DNA of 51,548 nt from Octopus sinensis (GCF_006345805.1 NW_021834172.1:1-51548), one strand, 5' to 3'. Shown: positions 1-13,055, numbered from the stretch's first letter. Notes: generated by a model from the letters alone, not told the origin. Translations and numbers: made by a program.

Positions 1-37
1 CTTTATTAAATAACTGTCAGAGAATATATAGCAAATA

Positions 38-1734
38 TCATGAAAATAGACGTAGAATACAAATAATAATAAAAAATGAAACGCTCATAAAGAGCACTTC
101 AGGGTACCCCAGAGTGATGAATGTAGAATTGTCACTTTGATTTACAGTCCTCACAATGTCCTTATTTTCGACAAAAGTCGACTGCTCTTCTTCGAAATCG
201 CAAAATTCATTGCAAGAATCTGAATCGATTGGAGCCGATACAACTGCTGTTGACGAAACCTCCACATTCGAAGCCACCAACTCGCACTTTAAGGACTTTT
301 CGAGAATGGGAATAGACGACACCAAACATGTCTTCTCAGTCTCGTCCTCCATGACTTCTGGGAGAGTTTGATCATGTCTGAACAAGTGAACTAAACACGC
401 CCACCTGACCAGTAAAGGCTGGTGATAATGCCTCCGTGCAGAAGTATAGTCTTTGCGAACTTGATGGAAACTCCTTCCCGTAAACGTATAGTTGGACTGA
501 CGGAAACTGCCTCCACTGCGGAACTTGATATATGACGAAACCCCTGATCTGAAATATACACAAAACAAAACCGGAAGAAATTCATTTGGTCATTAGAGCA
601 TCTCCAGGCATATTTACAGGAGGAACGACTGGAGAACAAGAAAGTGAGGACTGTGTGTCTGTCTTCACTCCCGACTGGATACCTCAGTGCTCTCCTAAAG
701 GAAAAGTTCTCTTAAAATAAAAATTGAGTACAGTTTTGAGAGAGGGCGCCTGCTGTACTGACTGCATCTAGAACTGACTAGTCAAACTAAACTGACAAAG
801 TATCCGTTTGCAACTGGACTTTGAGGGTTGTGTTGGCAAAACTGATTTTACGTACTGACTCCCTTCAATATAACATTCTGTCCAACCATCTGTAAGTAAA
901 CTCGACTGTCTCCTTGCAGAAACAGGTCACTCCGGCATGTGTAAATGAAAGGAGGACATCCACGTTGGTCTTGTTCTTTGCTACATGGGGATCAATTCCA
1001 TAAGACGCATGGATAGCTGCCAATTTGTTGAATTTGGTCTCCGCCACGGCCTTGTCCATTCCTCTGATAAATTGGACCAAAAGTGGACACCTCAGACTGT
1101 TGTAGGCCACAATGACTTGAGGGTTGACTCTTGAAGTGTCATCCCCGGACTGGAAGGAAAGGAACTTGTCGTATTGGTCAGTGTATTTGGAGACATAGTC
1201 ACCATAGAAAGCTGGGAATAATAAGACAGGACACCTTGAAGTGCCAGAGACTTGAGGGAAAGGGTGTCATCAGGAGAACAGACGAGTCTTCCACACAATA
1301 AATCACGTTTTAATTGAAGAAAGAGGTAATATCTAAGATTGGTCCTCGGTGACCGACCCTGTGATTTGGTCCAACTCCAACAGAGCGGTGGGAGGAGGGT
1401 AGTATTTTATTCGGAAGAGCAGAATTCTTGAACAAGGATCTGTCAATGAATAGTCAGGATACGTGCCTTTTAATTGTTTCCCAATCGGCTTAGCCAACTG
1501 AATCCAATGCTTTCGAATAAACTATAAAACAAACACGTTGATGTGCTCCGTCAAAGAATCGAAGACCAAAGTAGTCCTTCTCCAACACATTCAGTCTATC
1601 GCAGACCCGGTGGAGTAGAGTGCTGCTCAATGTGTCCTTCTAAGGCCATAAGACACGTCTAGTACATTGACATCAAACTCGATAGGAGAATTATCGTCAA
1701 ATGACTTGACAACCAGCCTGAGAGTATTCGCCAT
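38..1734 (-). CDS. FRMD5: FERM domain protein with FERM-adjacent region and C-terminal transmembrane helix (FRMD3/FRMD5-like), multi-exon
   Basis: Manual splicing gives N-terminal ...CDRLNVLEKDYFGLRF, FERM-C YGIDPHVAKNK (FRMD3/5 YGVDPH type), FA-like FRSGGSFR and C-terminal hydrophobic VLFMSVSFFIIICIL. GT-AG introns of 26-27 nt. Confidence 0.75.
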
Positions 1735-1815
1735 TGAACTAAATAATAAAACCTAAATCTATTACAAAAATAATTAATTAATATTTGTAAACCAAGAATA
1801 TTAAAATTATTAAAT

Positions 1816-3471
1816 CTATGAGACACACTCCTTCAAATATTCAGGTGTCCGAACGGATCTGACTGTATCCCCACATATCCTCACTCCCTCATACCCCTCT
1901 GGAGAATCAGGCAACTCAAACATTGGCTCGAGCAGTATCTTCTCCTGCCAATATGTGAGAAAAGACACACCACAATCGCTCTCAGTCCACGGGCACCAGT
2001 CCCCTTCCGCAAAGCCTGAGCTGCAATCTCCGCGAGTGCCTCCTCCGTGAACTCGAGAGTCATCTGCAGTTATAAACACAAAAATTGACCTTATCCATCA
2101 TGAATAATGCCTTAAACTGAGTAATAATAGCGTTGTGTGGCTGTGTAAGAATTCTAATGAGCATGTCGTGCCCCAATCCGTGAAAGGGGACTAATATTGG
2201 GAATCTCCCCACAAACTCGGGGATCATTCCAAACTCAATCAAATCCCTTCCTTCCACCTACTAATTAAAATGAACAATCAGCCTGATTCACAAGCCTGTC
2301 GCTCTCCTCTTGTCTACGGACAGCCTCATCAAGAGAGTCATCATTGGAGGGCATTCCCAACGTGTTTGACGAAGACTGGACAAAGCCAATAGACTGAGGG
2401 TTAGTCAGCAGCCCACCTTAGCACTCGTTCGTCGGGATATTATTTTATCAAGCGAATTGAAGGCCCCCGAGGCTATAAACAGAATTTCAGACGTATCCAC
2501 CGAGATGAGTTCTCCCCTCACTTTGGGACTCATTTTCTCAGGGACTTTAACGACTGTCCCTTCCAACATTCTAAGCATGGCCTTCTGGACTCCCTCCCCA
2601 CCCACATCACGGTGGTGGGCAACAGTAGACCGATTGGTGGCCACTTTGTCCACCTCGTCAAAAAACACGATTCCTTGTTGAGCCTGGCCACATTATAATC
2701 CGCATCCTGAAGCAGACGGACAATCACGGAATCCACATCCGCCCCCACATAACCAGCCTCGGTGAGAGTAGTGCAGTCACATATCACAATCGGCACATTC
2801 AGACACCGAGCAATAGTATGAGCGAACAATGTCTTGCCTGCCTGTCACTCAGCACAGTCACCTGACCCCGTCGGTCCCAGTAGAATAATATTACTCTTCT
2901 CCACCACTGGCGGACTGTCGTTGTCCAAGTTGATTTGAAATGTCCCCTGCTTGTGGTCGTCGTCCACAAACACTTTGCTATTTTCTGCGGACTGTTCTAC
3001 CCGAGCCTGGTTATAAAGTCGTTTGTAATGATTGTAGATTGCCACAGAAAGCACTTTCTTGGCTGTGTCTTGTCCCACGATATATCTTTCGAGGTACTTG
3101 TATATTTTACGAGGGGCGATGGGCTTGTATTTGGGGTCATTGTTTTGCACTACGTTTAGGTTAGCCAGTCCAGAATCAGTATTTATATAAAACAAATGAT
3201 TGCATTTCCCACATCGTATAAAACGAGTCAAAACTGCCATTAAATCTTAAAAAAGTACCCCCAATGTTTTCCAGGCGTGACTCAGGGTGGAGACAGCGGG
3301 GACACAGTGATCCATTCTTTTCTCGACCAACACGTCTTGTCTTGGGTCGACGACCTCCTTCTCCACTGAGCAGTCTGGCAGGGATTCCCACTAATGGTAC
3401 TCCAAGGCGACTGGTCCTTCCCCATAATTTGACCGTATCACGTTTTACAAGCATTCGTAGAAAGGACATTA
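1816..3471 (-). CDS. CLPX: Mitochondrial ATP-dependent Clp protease ATP-binding subunit ClpX, at least 5 tiny introns
   Basis: CPRC...CGKC zinc finger joined across a 25-nt intron; [21 protein letters not shown]; [16 protein letters not shown]; [11 protein letters not shown]; FFDEVDK; GARGLRAI. One 1-nt homopolymer deletion near 2685 is needed to stay in frame. Confidence 0.95.
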
Positions 3472-3624
3472 TAGGATAACCACACGCCTTTTTATTTATT
3501 TTTTTACTTAATAACAATTTGGTCGAATATTATTATGTAATTAATATAACCGGCTTAATTCGACCTGATTAATTATTTATCCTCTTTACTATCACTCTTA
3601 GTGTACCACTTATTGACTTTTAAA

Positions 3625-6600
3625 TTAATTTATACAATCAGTTTTGAGGGATCCCCAGTCTTTGCCAACCGAAATCTTGACTGTGAGTGGAACAGCCAAA
3701 TTGGCAATCCCTTCCATCACTTTTCGAATAATTTCCGAGACTCGAACCACTTGGTCACGTGGAACTTGAAGAACAATCTCATCGTGGACGACAAGAACAA
3801 CCAACTGACGTGCTACACAAATATTAAAAATATTCCAACAATATTTTTCATAGAAAATCCCAGTCAATTCTTTTAGACACATTTTGATCAGTTCCGCTGC
3901 GGTTCCTTGCACTGTAAAGTTAACAGCCTGCCGTTCTGCCTGAAAAGGTTAATTAAAAATGAGACCTTCGTTCTTGACTGGCTATCCTGTGCCAATATTT
4001 CAGGAAATCGCCTGAATGAACCAAAAAGTGTTTTAACCAGACCATTCTCACTCCGACAAGTCTCCACTGTGCTTCTTATATAGTTCGAAAGTCCAACAAA
4101 ATCCCCAAGAAATGAATCAATCATTTCTCTGGCATAATCGACAGTTTGGCCAATCAAGTTTGAGAGCGAGGAGGCCCCCATTCCGTATATTATTCCATAA
4201 CACAACTGCCATCATGTCACTCAATACCATCTTTGTCTGATTACGGAGATCACTCCCCACATCCGCTTGGTCTATGTCAGTCCACTGAGCTGCCATTCGA
4301 CGGAAAACATCCCCACCAGCATTCAGGACTGAACAAAGTCTCTGATCCCCCGACAAATGTGCAATTATTCTCAACTCCAATTGGGAATAGTCAGCAGAAA
4401 GAAGAACACAGTCTGATAATGACAGTCAAAATACCCTTCTCTGCAATAAAACAACTTCTGGGAGAAATACTGAGAATACACAAGTCCTTTGGGACACATT
4501 GAATGTTAGGACAAGTCGTATAGAAACGACCACTGGGACTGTATGTGTCGTAGAATGTTCTCACTTTATTATTGACCACACTTCTCTCAACTGCTTTCAT
4601 CTACCAATGACCGAATGGGACACCAATTGGACGACAAAGGACAGACGTCGCCAATCCATTATCAGTCCCACCACTGGGTGCAGTCCTCGCAGTGGTTCCA
4701 AAGTCAGTTTATCCGTGCTCAGAAAGGGAAGTGTCTGGTTGTACCATTCTCCTGAGGAAGCACTGCTACTTGGGGGAAGTCTCAACTCGACGTAGAGCAA
4801 CTGCCACTGATTTACATTCACAACTTTAGAAACATCCACTGGAGACCCCAAATCCACTTTCCGCCCAACCATCGAACAAATCTGGGACGAGATACTCTCC
4901 ATCAACTCAGTCGATTTGCTAAGTACAATTTCTAGTCTATCGGGGGATATTTCTACAGTAAAAAAGAGAATCAACCCATTCCCACTGCCTCGACGGAGGG
5001 GAGCACAATACATGCAAATATGTGTTCGCGTTTAATCAGGTCGTAGTGCTGCACAAAACGAGGAGAACTCAGCATTACTTGGCCAAGTCTCAACTCGACC
5101 CGACTCCTCCAAATGACGTCTCTTGCATTCCCTTTGTCAATACAGTCCTTCAAGTCCACTGAGGACAGTAGAGGGCAGTCCTCCTGTAGTAAGTAGACTT
5201 TAGCCAACTCGGAGAGAGAAGGCAGTTTTTCGGCCCCTCCGCTGATTATGAGATGACAAATCAGAGGGTCTATGACAAAAAGGGTATCCTTCCACAGCCA
5301 TTGAGAGGTGGTGACTGGGAGAATACATCTCCGCATATCAAACATACACAAACATCCCTGGTCATTACCAAAATAATGTCTAATAACATCAGTGACCACC
5401 TCCTTTCCACAATCAGACCAATCTGGCATGTTGATGACTATAAACAAACCAGGGTGATGAAGGACTACTGTGTTGTCCATACACACCACAATTCCAATGC
5501 AGTCAGTCTCTTCTATAATTGGACGAATTGAGAGCATTGGACATGACTCGAGTCTCCTGACAAATTTGGAATATGCATGACTGTCCAGTTCGATGTACTC
5601 CACTGAATCAGTGATCGAAAGTTCGGAAAAACTCCGCGAAAACTCAATTTCAATTGAATTCCGTCGGTCTTGGACAGAATCGTCGAAAAGTGAGGGAGAA
5701 CAAAGAGAGGCTGCCTCCTCCAACACCTCAAAGCCCAGCAAATCTTCCTTAAGAATATCCTTGGCATTCCTCACCATCAATTCAGCCTTTGTTCGTACAT
5801 GATCAGTCACTGCATCGACACTGCTGATTGTAACAAGAATAGTCAACGTGTGAACAATATTCGACAGGGTCCTGACTATCTTGAGAGGATCGGACATGGC
5901 CACCTGAGCCACGGTCGCATATCCTGCCCTGAACAATCCCCTCGCTTCGTTCACGCGGAGATCAGGCAGTCGCATTAACCCAGCCAATTCCCTTTCCACT
6001 CCAAAATGAAGACAAACACGCAATTGGTGCAGTAAAAGTGCCATGTTCGCCCTCCCCAGACACTCACACAATGTCGTAACCATCACTGACTAAGTCACCC
6101 ACACTACCAGAATAGACTGCACAAGATCTTTGGAGTGACTGCAGAGATCCGCGGCTGATGTCATATTTTCTGGCCACCACGGAAAGTGAGTGTTCCATCA
6201 CCAAATCAAGAAGGGCGAGGGAACAGTAAAATCTGATTATTGACCATGCCCAATGTGCCTTTTGCAATTATGACGGCTGGAGGAACGCCCTGTCACTCCC
6301 CGCAAGACAATCTGTTCGGTTATTTCCACACATTTAGCCACAGAATGGGCAGACTGTGGCAATGTAGCCCAAACGTCATAAAAACGAGACCACGAAAACG
6401 TGACATCATCAGTCACTTTGTGTGGGGTCACCAGATATATCAAATGCAGGTCATTCTCGAGATTGAGTCCCTTCTCAGCCCTTTCAATGTCCCGGAGGAT
6501 ATTCACTGCGTCAAATGGATCCAGTCCTGCCTGGAATGCCGCATACCCAAGTTGAGTCGTCGTTAGTTTGTCCTTCTCTGAAATATCTCATTATAAAACC

Positions 6601-8241
6601 ATTATCCGAGCACTGGACAAAGTTACTGGCCTCTAGTTCCTCCAGTACAGAACCGACGTTGTCCTCAAGCTGATTTGTGAGGACCGAAGAATGGTAGAGA
6701 AATGTGGACTGAATATATAGATTGGGAGGACACTGAGAAATAGCCACCATCTTGACTGAATGAGCACATCTAACCTCAAACAGAGCTCTTCTAAAATTGT
6801 TTCCTTGAAGAGCACTCCTAAGGGGACTAAATTGTGCTTGAATAAGCTGAAATGAGTCGTCCAATTCAAGAACTGAGCTCAGTAAATATGATTCCCCCTC
6901 CTTCCGACATGTCCGCCCTCCACGCCCCGACATTTGGTGGTATATTTCGGGAGTCAATCCACGAATGGAATTATGGGCAATTATGACTCGACTGAAAGGC
7001 AGATTGACTCCACTAGACAATGTCGTCGTAGCCACCACTACTCGCACCTTCCCTGATCTTATCCACGTTTCAATCGACTTTCTTTCATCCACAGCCAGTC
7101 CTACCAAGTCTGATTAAACCATCCACCTGCGTGGTGGAACACGACTGAATGTCGGAGGGTCTTTTTTAGGTTCTCGTCCACTACTCCCAAAGCATTCCTC
7201 AACTCTTCGACAAGTCCCCGGCACAGTCCTCGTCCAACTGCTGACCGAAGACAGGAAACTTCAGATTCAGAAATATGGCAATATTCTGTCATTAAAGCAC
7301 CGAGTTGGACGGCAATTTTTACGGCCAGGGCCTCACAGCTGGCCTTGCTTGAACAGAATATAAGAACGGAATGATCCCCCAGTAGACTATCCACCACCAA
7401 TTCAACCACATTCCCAGCAGAAGGAAAAAGACGGGGCTTTAACTGGCTGAATTGTCAAAAAATAGACTAACCGAACAAGCCCGTGAGAAGTATTGTACAC
7501 TGCATTCCCACATAACACAAATTGTGAGAGAAAAGACGGTCTAAAGTCAGTAGAAAAATACTCCGCCTTCAACCAACTGGCCAAAACGTGTCCATCCCCC
7601 ATTGTGGCACTCATTGCTACAATTCGGAGGACAGTGTTGTGCCTTGTTTGTGCCAGTAGTAATTTAGTGAGGAGTACTTCGATCAGATATCCCCGAGAAT
7701 GGTCAGACATAAAGTGAACTTCGTCGACAAGGACAAAACCTGGAATGGTCAGAGTAATTAACATATTTTGTCCAAGTCCTGCTGTTGTTCAAGACGGTTG
7801 ACAATGTTATTGGCCTTCTCGATTGTACACACAGCAATGTCCACTCCCTCAATCCCCCCAATCGGAGAAATATTCCCAAAAAACCTCCGACTCTGAATCT
7901 TGAATTCTTGCAAATGTTCTGGCTGTTTAGAACATGTGGAACCTCAATGTGATTGACCTGTTCTTCAGCAATGGAGACATAGGGCAGAACTACAAGGACT
8001 TTTAGGCCCTTCTGCTTTAATTGTCTGAATGTGAGTATTTCTGAGACAAGTGTCTTCCCAGAACTCGTAGGGGCAGAGATGACCAGGTTTAGTTTGCCTG
8101 AATGGTTGTACAAGTTCAGTACTCACTGGATGTCGCCATTTTTGAGAGGCACTCGGCCTGCCAGTCGTATATTTCAGAGATTCCATTCTTTATGTAGTTT
8201 TCTGCAATTTCAGGTGGCAGGCCGACTTGAGTGATTTTCAT
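3625..8241 (-). CDS. POLQ: DNA polymerase theta (SF2 helicase plus A-family polymerase), multi-exon
   Basis: Walker A SAPTSSGKT, VDEVH, FHHAG, VATTTLSSGVNLP, QMSGRGGR; polymerase motif A SADYSQLELRIIAHLS, motif B CYGIIYGMG, motif C VVHDEIVLQV, MQGTAAELIK. Confidence 0.93.
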
Positions 8242-8442
8242 TGAAGGGTCACCACACTTTAAACTACTTTTGGGCGCACATTTTATTTATTTAAATTTTA
8301 ATTTTTAAATATTTTAAATTATTAATTTTCATGTGTATGTTGACTTTGTTTTTTGTCCGACAACTCCGAACTGAATATCCCCAAATCCGTCAATATTGTT
8401 CAACTCCTCCAAGTCGCGGTCAAATCTCCGTAAAAACAAATT

Positions 8443-9618
8443 ATGGAACAGTTTCCGTCGACAAGACAAGGCGAAAATGTTCATTTCCTCTTTATTCTGT
8501 TAGCCTTTGATAGACTTATCCCTCACTCCAAAGAAATGTCCCTGGCAGCCCAAAAATGCGATTTTTACAAAGTCAATGAAACCACTAAGAGACAGCGAGG
8601 TTGTTCTTTCCAATATTTTAGTGAGCAATAATTCTGTTTATGAAGCCAAGCAGCAGTCGAGTTGTTTTTTGTTTCCTTCAAGCAGGTGGAAAAAACGGGA
8701 AGAAATAATAAATATTTGTCGTCAGAATATAATTCACAACGACGGTGATTTCCTGGTGGTCAACAAGCCCTACGGAATGCCAGTCACTCGAGGTTGGGCT
8801 ATTCTGGTCTATTTTAGACCAATATCATCCTCATGACCTTCGATCGACGTTGCTTTGCATTGGGAATGAACTACATATTTCCGAACCCTCTTCTTTCCAC
8901 CCAATCGGTCGGCCAGATATTCGGACTACTGGCGTTGTTATTTTCTGCAAGTCGTGTTGTGTTCATATTGTAGAACTGAGGCAGCCAATACGTTATGTCG
9001 GGCACACTACACTCAAGGGAGAGTGGACAAGTCGTACAAAGCAGTGGTTGTCGGTCACCCTAATCCAGCACAGGGTAGTGTTTATTTGAGATTAGTAGGT
9101 GATATTAATGTGCCCGTTGGACATTTCAAATGTGCTGACAATCGATTCAAGGTAACTCACTTTGTATGTATGTCTGGCTTCGATTCCCAGCAGTGCTTTT
9201 TAAGAAATGTTTCTTTTAAAAAACAGTTGCACTACAAAAAAGAAGCTCGGACATTTTATAAAGTGGAGAAGCACAGTCTTGACTCGAAATGCTCGCTTGT
9301 TGATTGTACGACCACGTTTGGGAGGAAGCATCAACTGCGTGTACATTTGTCATTCTTTTTGGGCACACCTGTGTTGGGCGACCACCGTTATTCCTCCATC
9401 ATGGGACGTGTACCTCAAGTCGAGCTATTTTCTCACCTTAGAAACTGACGGAGGCCACTACACAGTGTTTGGGGATTACTTGCTCACTCGCTCGTCACTT
9501 GCCGATGCTTCTACACTGCCAGTCGGTCACCCTCCCTTCAGAGGACGGACTGAGGACTTATTCTGCTCATATTCCTGACTATTTCACTGAAATATGCCAC
9601 TCTCTTGGGTTGAAATAG
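8443..9618 (+). CDS. RPUSD4: RluA-family pseudouridine synthase (RPUSD4/RPUSD3-like), multi-exon
   Basis: NIIHNDGDFLVVNKPYGMPV, GRPDIRTTG (motif II with catalytic Asp), GRKHQLRVHL...LGTPVLGDHRY, LLHCQSVTLP. The first intron (25 nt) joins ATG 8443 in frame. Confidence 0.8.
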
Positions 9619-9657
9619 AGTTGTGGAATGTTAATGGTGTTATTAGTGTTTTAGTTG

Positions 9658-10486
9658 TCAATCTGCAATGTAGACTGTTTTATAACGAGAAAACAGCTCA
9701 ATGTCTTTCTGCAGTGATTCCATTTCACTTTCCAGCCTTTCTTTCCTTAGTCGTTTAGGAATTGTGTCAATAATCACGGACAGTCCCAAATACTGTCGAT
9801 AAACCTCCTCCCAATTTGCCGTCAGTCCTTTCAATATCGATTTCTGTTCATGACTGGAAAGTGTGTGTAGAGAATTGTCCTCGGCCTTATTTTGAGCCGA
9901 CCTGATCCCACCTGCCTTTCGTTCTTCCTCCTCTTGTTTTCTGTTGTAGAGATACTTGGGCACTTGTCCGTAGTCCTAAGTCGTCAGGTCTCACTTTCAA
10001 CCTTTTTAAGGACATAGACTGGTTCCAGTCCTGAGGGTTGGAGCAAATTTGTATGTCCGTGTACAGTGTCAATGTACACTTTGGTTTTGTTTTGGGCACA
10101 GATGCCTTTGCGTCTTCAATGTTCTTTTATAAAGTTTTTGTTGGCGTCTGAGAGGATGGTTGGTTGATCGCTCCTTGCGGGAAGTCGTGGTTTCCTTTTA
10201 TCGAGATATTCAAATTTGTGTTCTATGGACGAGTAGGACAACAAGTTTACTGTCAGGAAATACAAAATCATTCGCGTGTTTCCGTAGGTATTGGGTTGTG
10301 GATGGCAGGCTTACTTCGGGGGGTCCCATAGTTTTGTAGGGATATCTGTTTCTCTTCAGTTCTTCTCTCGTCTGTTTGGCATATCCCGAGACATATCTAC
10401 ATTTCTATTAGTCACAACTTTATTTTTGGTGGTTGAGGTGCCACTTTTTTTGGTAATAAATCGTAAATGTATTCGTCCGACAGCAT
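9658..10486 (-). CDS. ENKUR: Enkurin (ciliary microtubule inner protein)
   Basis: N-terminal YIYDLLPK...KTMGPPEVSLPSTTQYLRKH and C-terminal LKGLTANWEEVYRQYLGLSVIIDTIPKRLRKERLESEMESLQKDI...VYIAD match the enkurin pattern; 22-nt first intron. Confidence 0.9.
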
Positions 10487-10605
10487 ATACGGTGCTTAGC
10501 AACTTATAATTTATTCACTAAATTAATGTTTAGACAAAAATGACATCCAATCCCCTTAGAAGTAATCAGTTGTTTAGGAAATATTTATTAGTGTCTATTA
10601 TTGTG

Positions 10606-11934
10606 TTAGAATTCTAATTTGATGTATTTGGCCAAACTAAGTCGTTTGAGAGTGAAACAGACAACAAGGGCGATTCCCAATCCGCTGTACAGAATTGTTG
10701 AAAAAGCCACTTTTGTTAGGTTTAATACTTTTCTGTTATTATTACTGATTGTGAATTGGTTTGCTGGGAAAATTATATAATTTGGGAATTTTTCAAATAT
10801 CCCATGCCAACCAACATTCAGACTTTGATTTTTTACGCTCCATGTGAGACTAAGAAACCCTCTATTTTTGATAACAGTATCGTTTGTAGAGCAAGATGAG
10901 TCGGGTAGTGCTGCTATGTTTGGAAATTCACCTTCCGCATGAGTAAATGTAAACTTAGCGCCCGAGACGTGGACCACCAAGTCAACAAGAGACAATTTGT
11001 GGACTAAATCTCATCTTTTTATAAAAATATGAACTTCCCGAGACCTCCATATTGAAGACCACAATAACCCAGGACTCCCTCTCTTTTTTAATTTGTTTTA
11101 TTCGCGTGTTGAGTTTTGTAAACATGTCATAGTCTCACTCTCAGTTACTCTAAAACTCACATCTTCAACAAGCACATTATAACATCCAATTGACCGAAGC
11201 TGTAGCAATCGATGGTGGAATTGTCTGGGATTCGGTTACTTGGGAGTGATATATACTGGAATGGGCGAAGAGAGCATTGATATTCCATTTGGTCGAATAT
11301 TACGTCCAAAGAATCAGAAATGTTCTAGATTGGTTGGAAAAAGGAAAACTCTGTCGAGACCACATTGATATGTCTTTAAATGAGTAACAAAGGACACTGA
11401 TGGGATTTTTCCAATAATGTCGTTAATCATATCAAAGGTTTTACCCAAGGAATTAAAGTTATAGATCATAAAGGTCGAATTCTGAAATAAATATACACAA
11501 AAAACCTCATCAATTTTAGACACCAATTCCAGTTTGAACTGAATAGTCTCATTGGCTGAGGTATAAATTTTAATCGTCCCATTTTGGTCTTCACTACATG
11601 GTACGAGATATTCATAATCACACAAATTGGTTTTACAATTATATTTAGTATTTTGAAGCTGATAAACGTGACCACTTAATATCTAATCAGTAACCAGATT
11701 ACCCTATCGAAAGTTCACTTTTGATGACAGTCTGGTTACCATAAAAACCCATATTCCAACTTTGTATTCTGCTCAATTTTTTGATATCAATAGATATGCA
11801 TTTATTGAGTAACTACCTTTATTGTAAGTAAAATGGAATCCCCAGAGTTTTCCTGTTTGGCAGATTTTTCGGTTGTCAGTTGCGGTCAGTTCAAATAGGC
11901 AGTTTGCACTAACTAAAAGTATTATAAGTTTCAT
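10606..11934 (-). CDS. Uncharacterised type I single-pass membrane protein (signal peptide, Cys-containing N-glycosylated ectodomain, TM, short basic tail)
   Basis: MKLIILLVSANCLFELTA signal-like start; several N-x-S/T sequons; TM ILYSGLGIALVVCFTL followed by KR. Exon boundaries are uncertain. Confidence 0.55.
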
Positions 11935-12071
11935 TTTTGATTTGTGGATGATTAAAATTCTATTTAGTTATAGGTTTGAATTAGTAAAACTTTGATCAGA
12001 TTAATAATAAATTTATCACAAAAATAACGAAATAAATAAATTTATTGTTTTATAGTTTATGTGTCTTAAAT

Positions 12072-12245
12072 ATGGCCAAACTCTATCCGACGAGCGAAAA
12101 ACGAAATGGCAGTACAGAACTCTAAAATGCCCCAAAAGACAAGAATTAAAGCTTAAAATAGAAGTAAAACGTGAATATTCTTCGGAAAGTGAGGAAGAGA
12201 AAGTCGAGAACATAGTCGGGACCTTAGAACTAAGTGGCAATCTCT
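12072..12245 (+). pseudogene. SNIP1: Truncated 5' fragment of SNIP1 (paralog of 33700-34359)
   Basis: Highly similar to 33700-33870, has a 1-nt deletion (GCCCC vs GCCCCC) and ends before the FHA domain. Confidence 0.85.
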
Positions 12246-12287
12246 TAAATTAACTTAGAATTAGATAAAAAATAGTTTTAAATAATA

Positions 12288-13055
12288 TGTCGCGACCCAC
12301 GCTGGCGACCATCCCACGCTGGCGACCATCAGTGAAGGTTATGACCTTCAGTTGACAGGTGATTAGTTATTTAATTTAAACCGGAAAAAATTCATTTTAA
12401 GAAATGGTTTAGCGTCATTTTAGAAAAAAAATTATGGTTTCTCTCAAATATGTTAGCATGAAAAAAGCGACTCAATTTCATTATTAATGATCGGTATATT
12501 TGCGACTCCTAACTCATAGTCTTTATCTAAAGGACGAGAATAACCAAAAACACAAATTGGTCATTTGTCTGGACAATGAAATGGAGATGAGGACACTAAC
12601 ATTCGTCATTCACCAAGAATCCCACTAGGGAATACGAAAGCTTCAGAAAAAGTGCAGTGAATTCTATTCACTGTAAAACGTCCTGCAAATCTTTAAAAAA
12701 TAAAACTGCTTCTGGTAAGACTTGAAATTTAATTGAACAAGTGGTGAATAAATCCAAAAATTGTTTTATCAATTGGATATTGTCAGATCTTGAATCCCCA
12801 TATGAAGAAAAGGGAAAAATATAATGTCTAAATACAGATTAATGGTTAGTTGTCTTTCCTAACAAACATTTAGTTCGAATTACAAAATAGTTACTATGAA
12901 TAGAGATAAAAAAAATGTTAAGTTTTTTGATTTTTTAGCAATTATCTTTAGTCAGTAATTAGTGTCAAACTATGTAGGTCGCCCTGTCAATCTTGTCAAC
13001 AATGAAGGTCGCTCTGGTCGCCAGCGTGGGATGGTCGCCAGCGTGGGTCGCGACA
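12288..13055. mobile_element. Non-autonomous TIR element (MITE-like, 768 bp), TGT...ACA ends, 41-bp perfect TIRs, 5-bp TSD TAATA
   Basis: Left TIR tgtcgcgacccacgctggcgaccatcccacgctggcgacca (12288-12328) is the exact reverse complement of 13015-13055. TAATA lies at 12283-12287 and 13056-13060. No transposase ORF inside. Confidence 0.9.

Noticed and set aside
3521-3565. 8-bp inverted repeat (ggtcgaat...attcgacc) between POLQ and ClpX as a terminator or processing hairpin
   Set aside because: Short stem with a long AT-rich loop and no counterpart in the other short spacers.
1816-8241. Bacterial contamination or HGT suggested by ClpX and a PolA-like domain
   Set aside because: Both have many spliceosomal introns, a eukaryote-type ClpX N-terminal presequence and zinc finger, and the helicase-polymerase fusion of POLQ.
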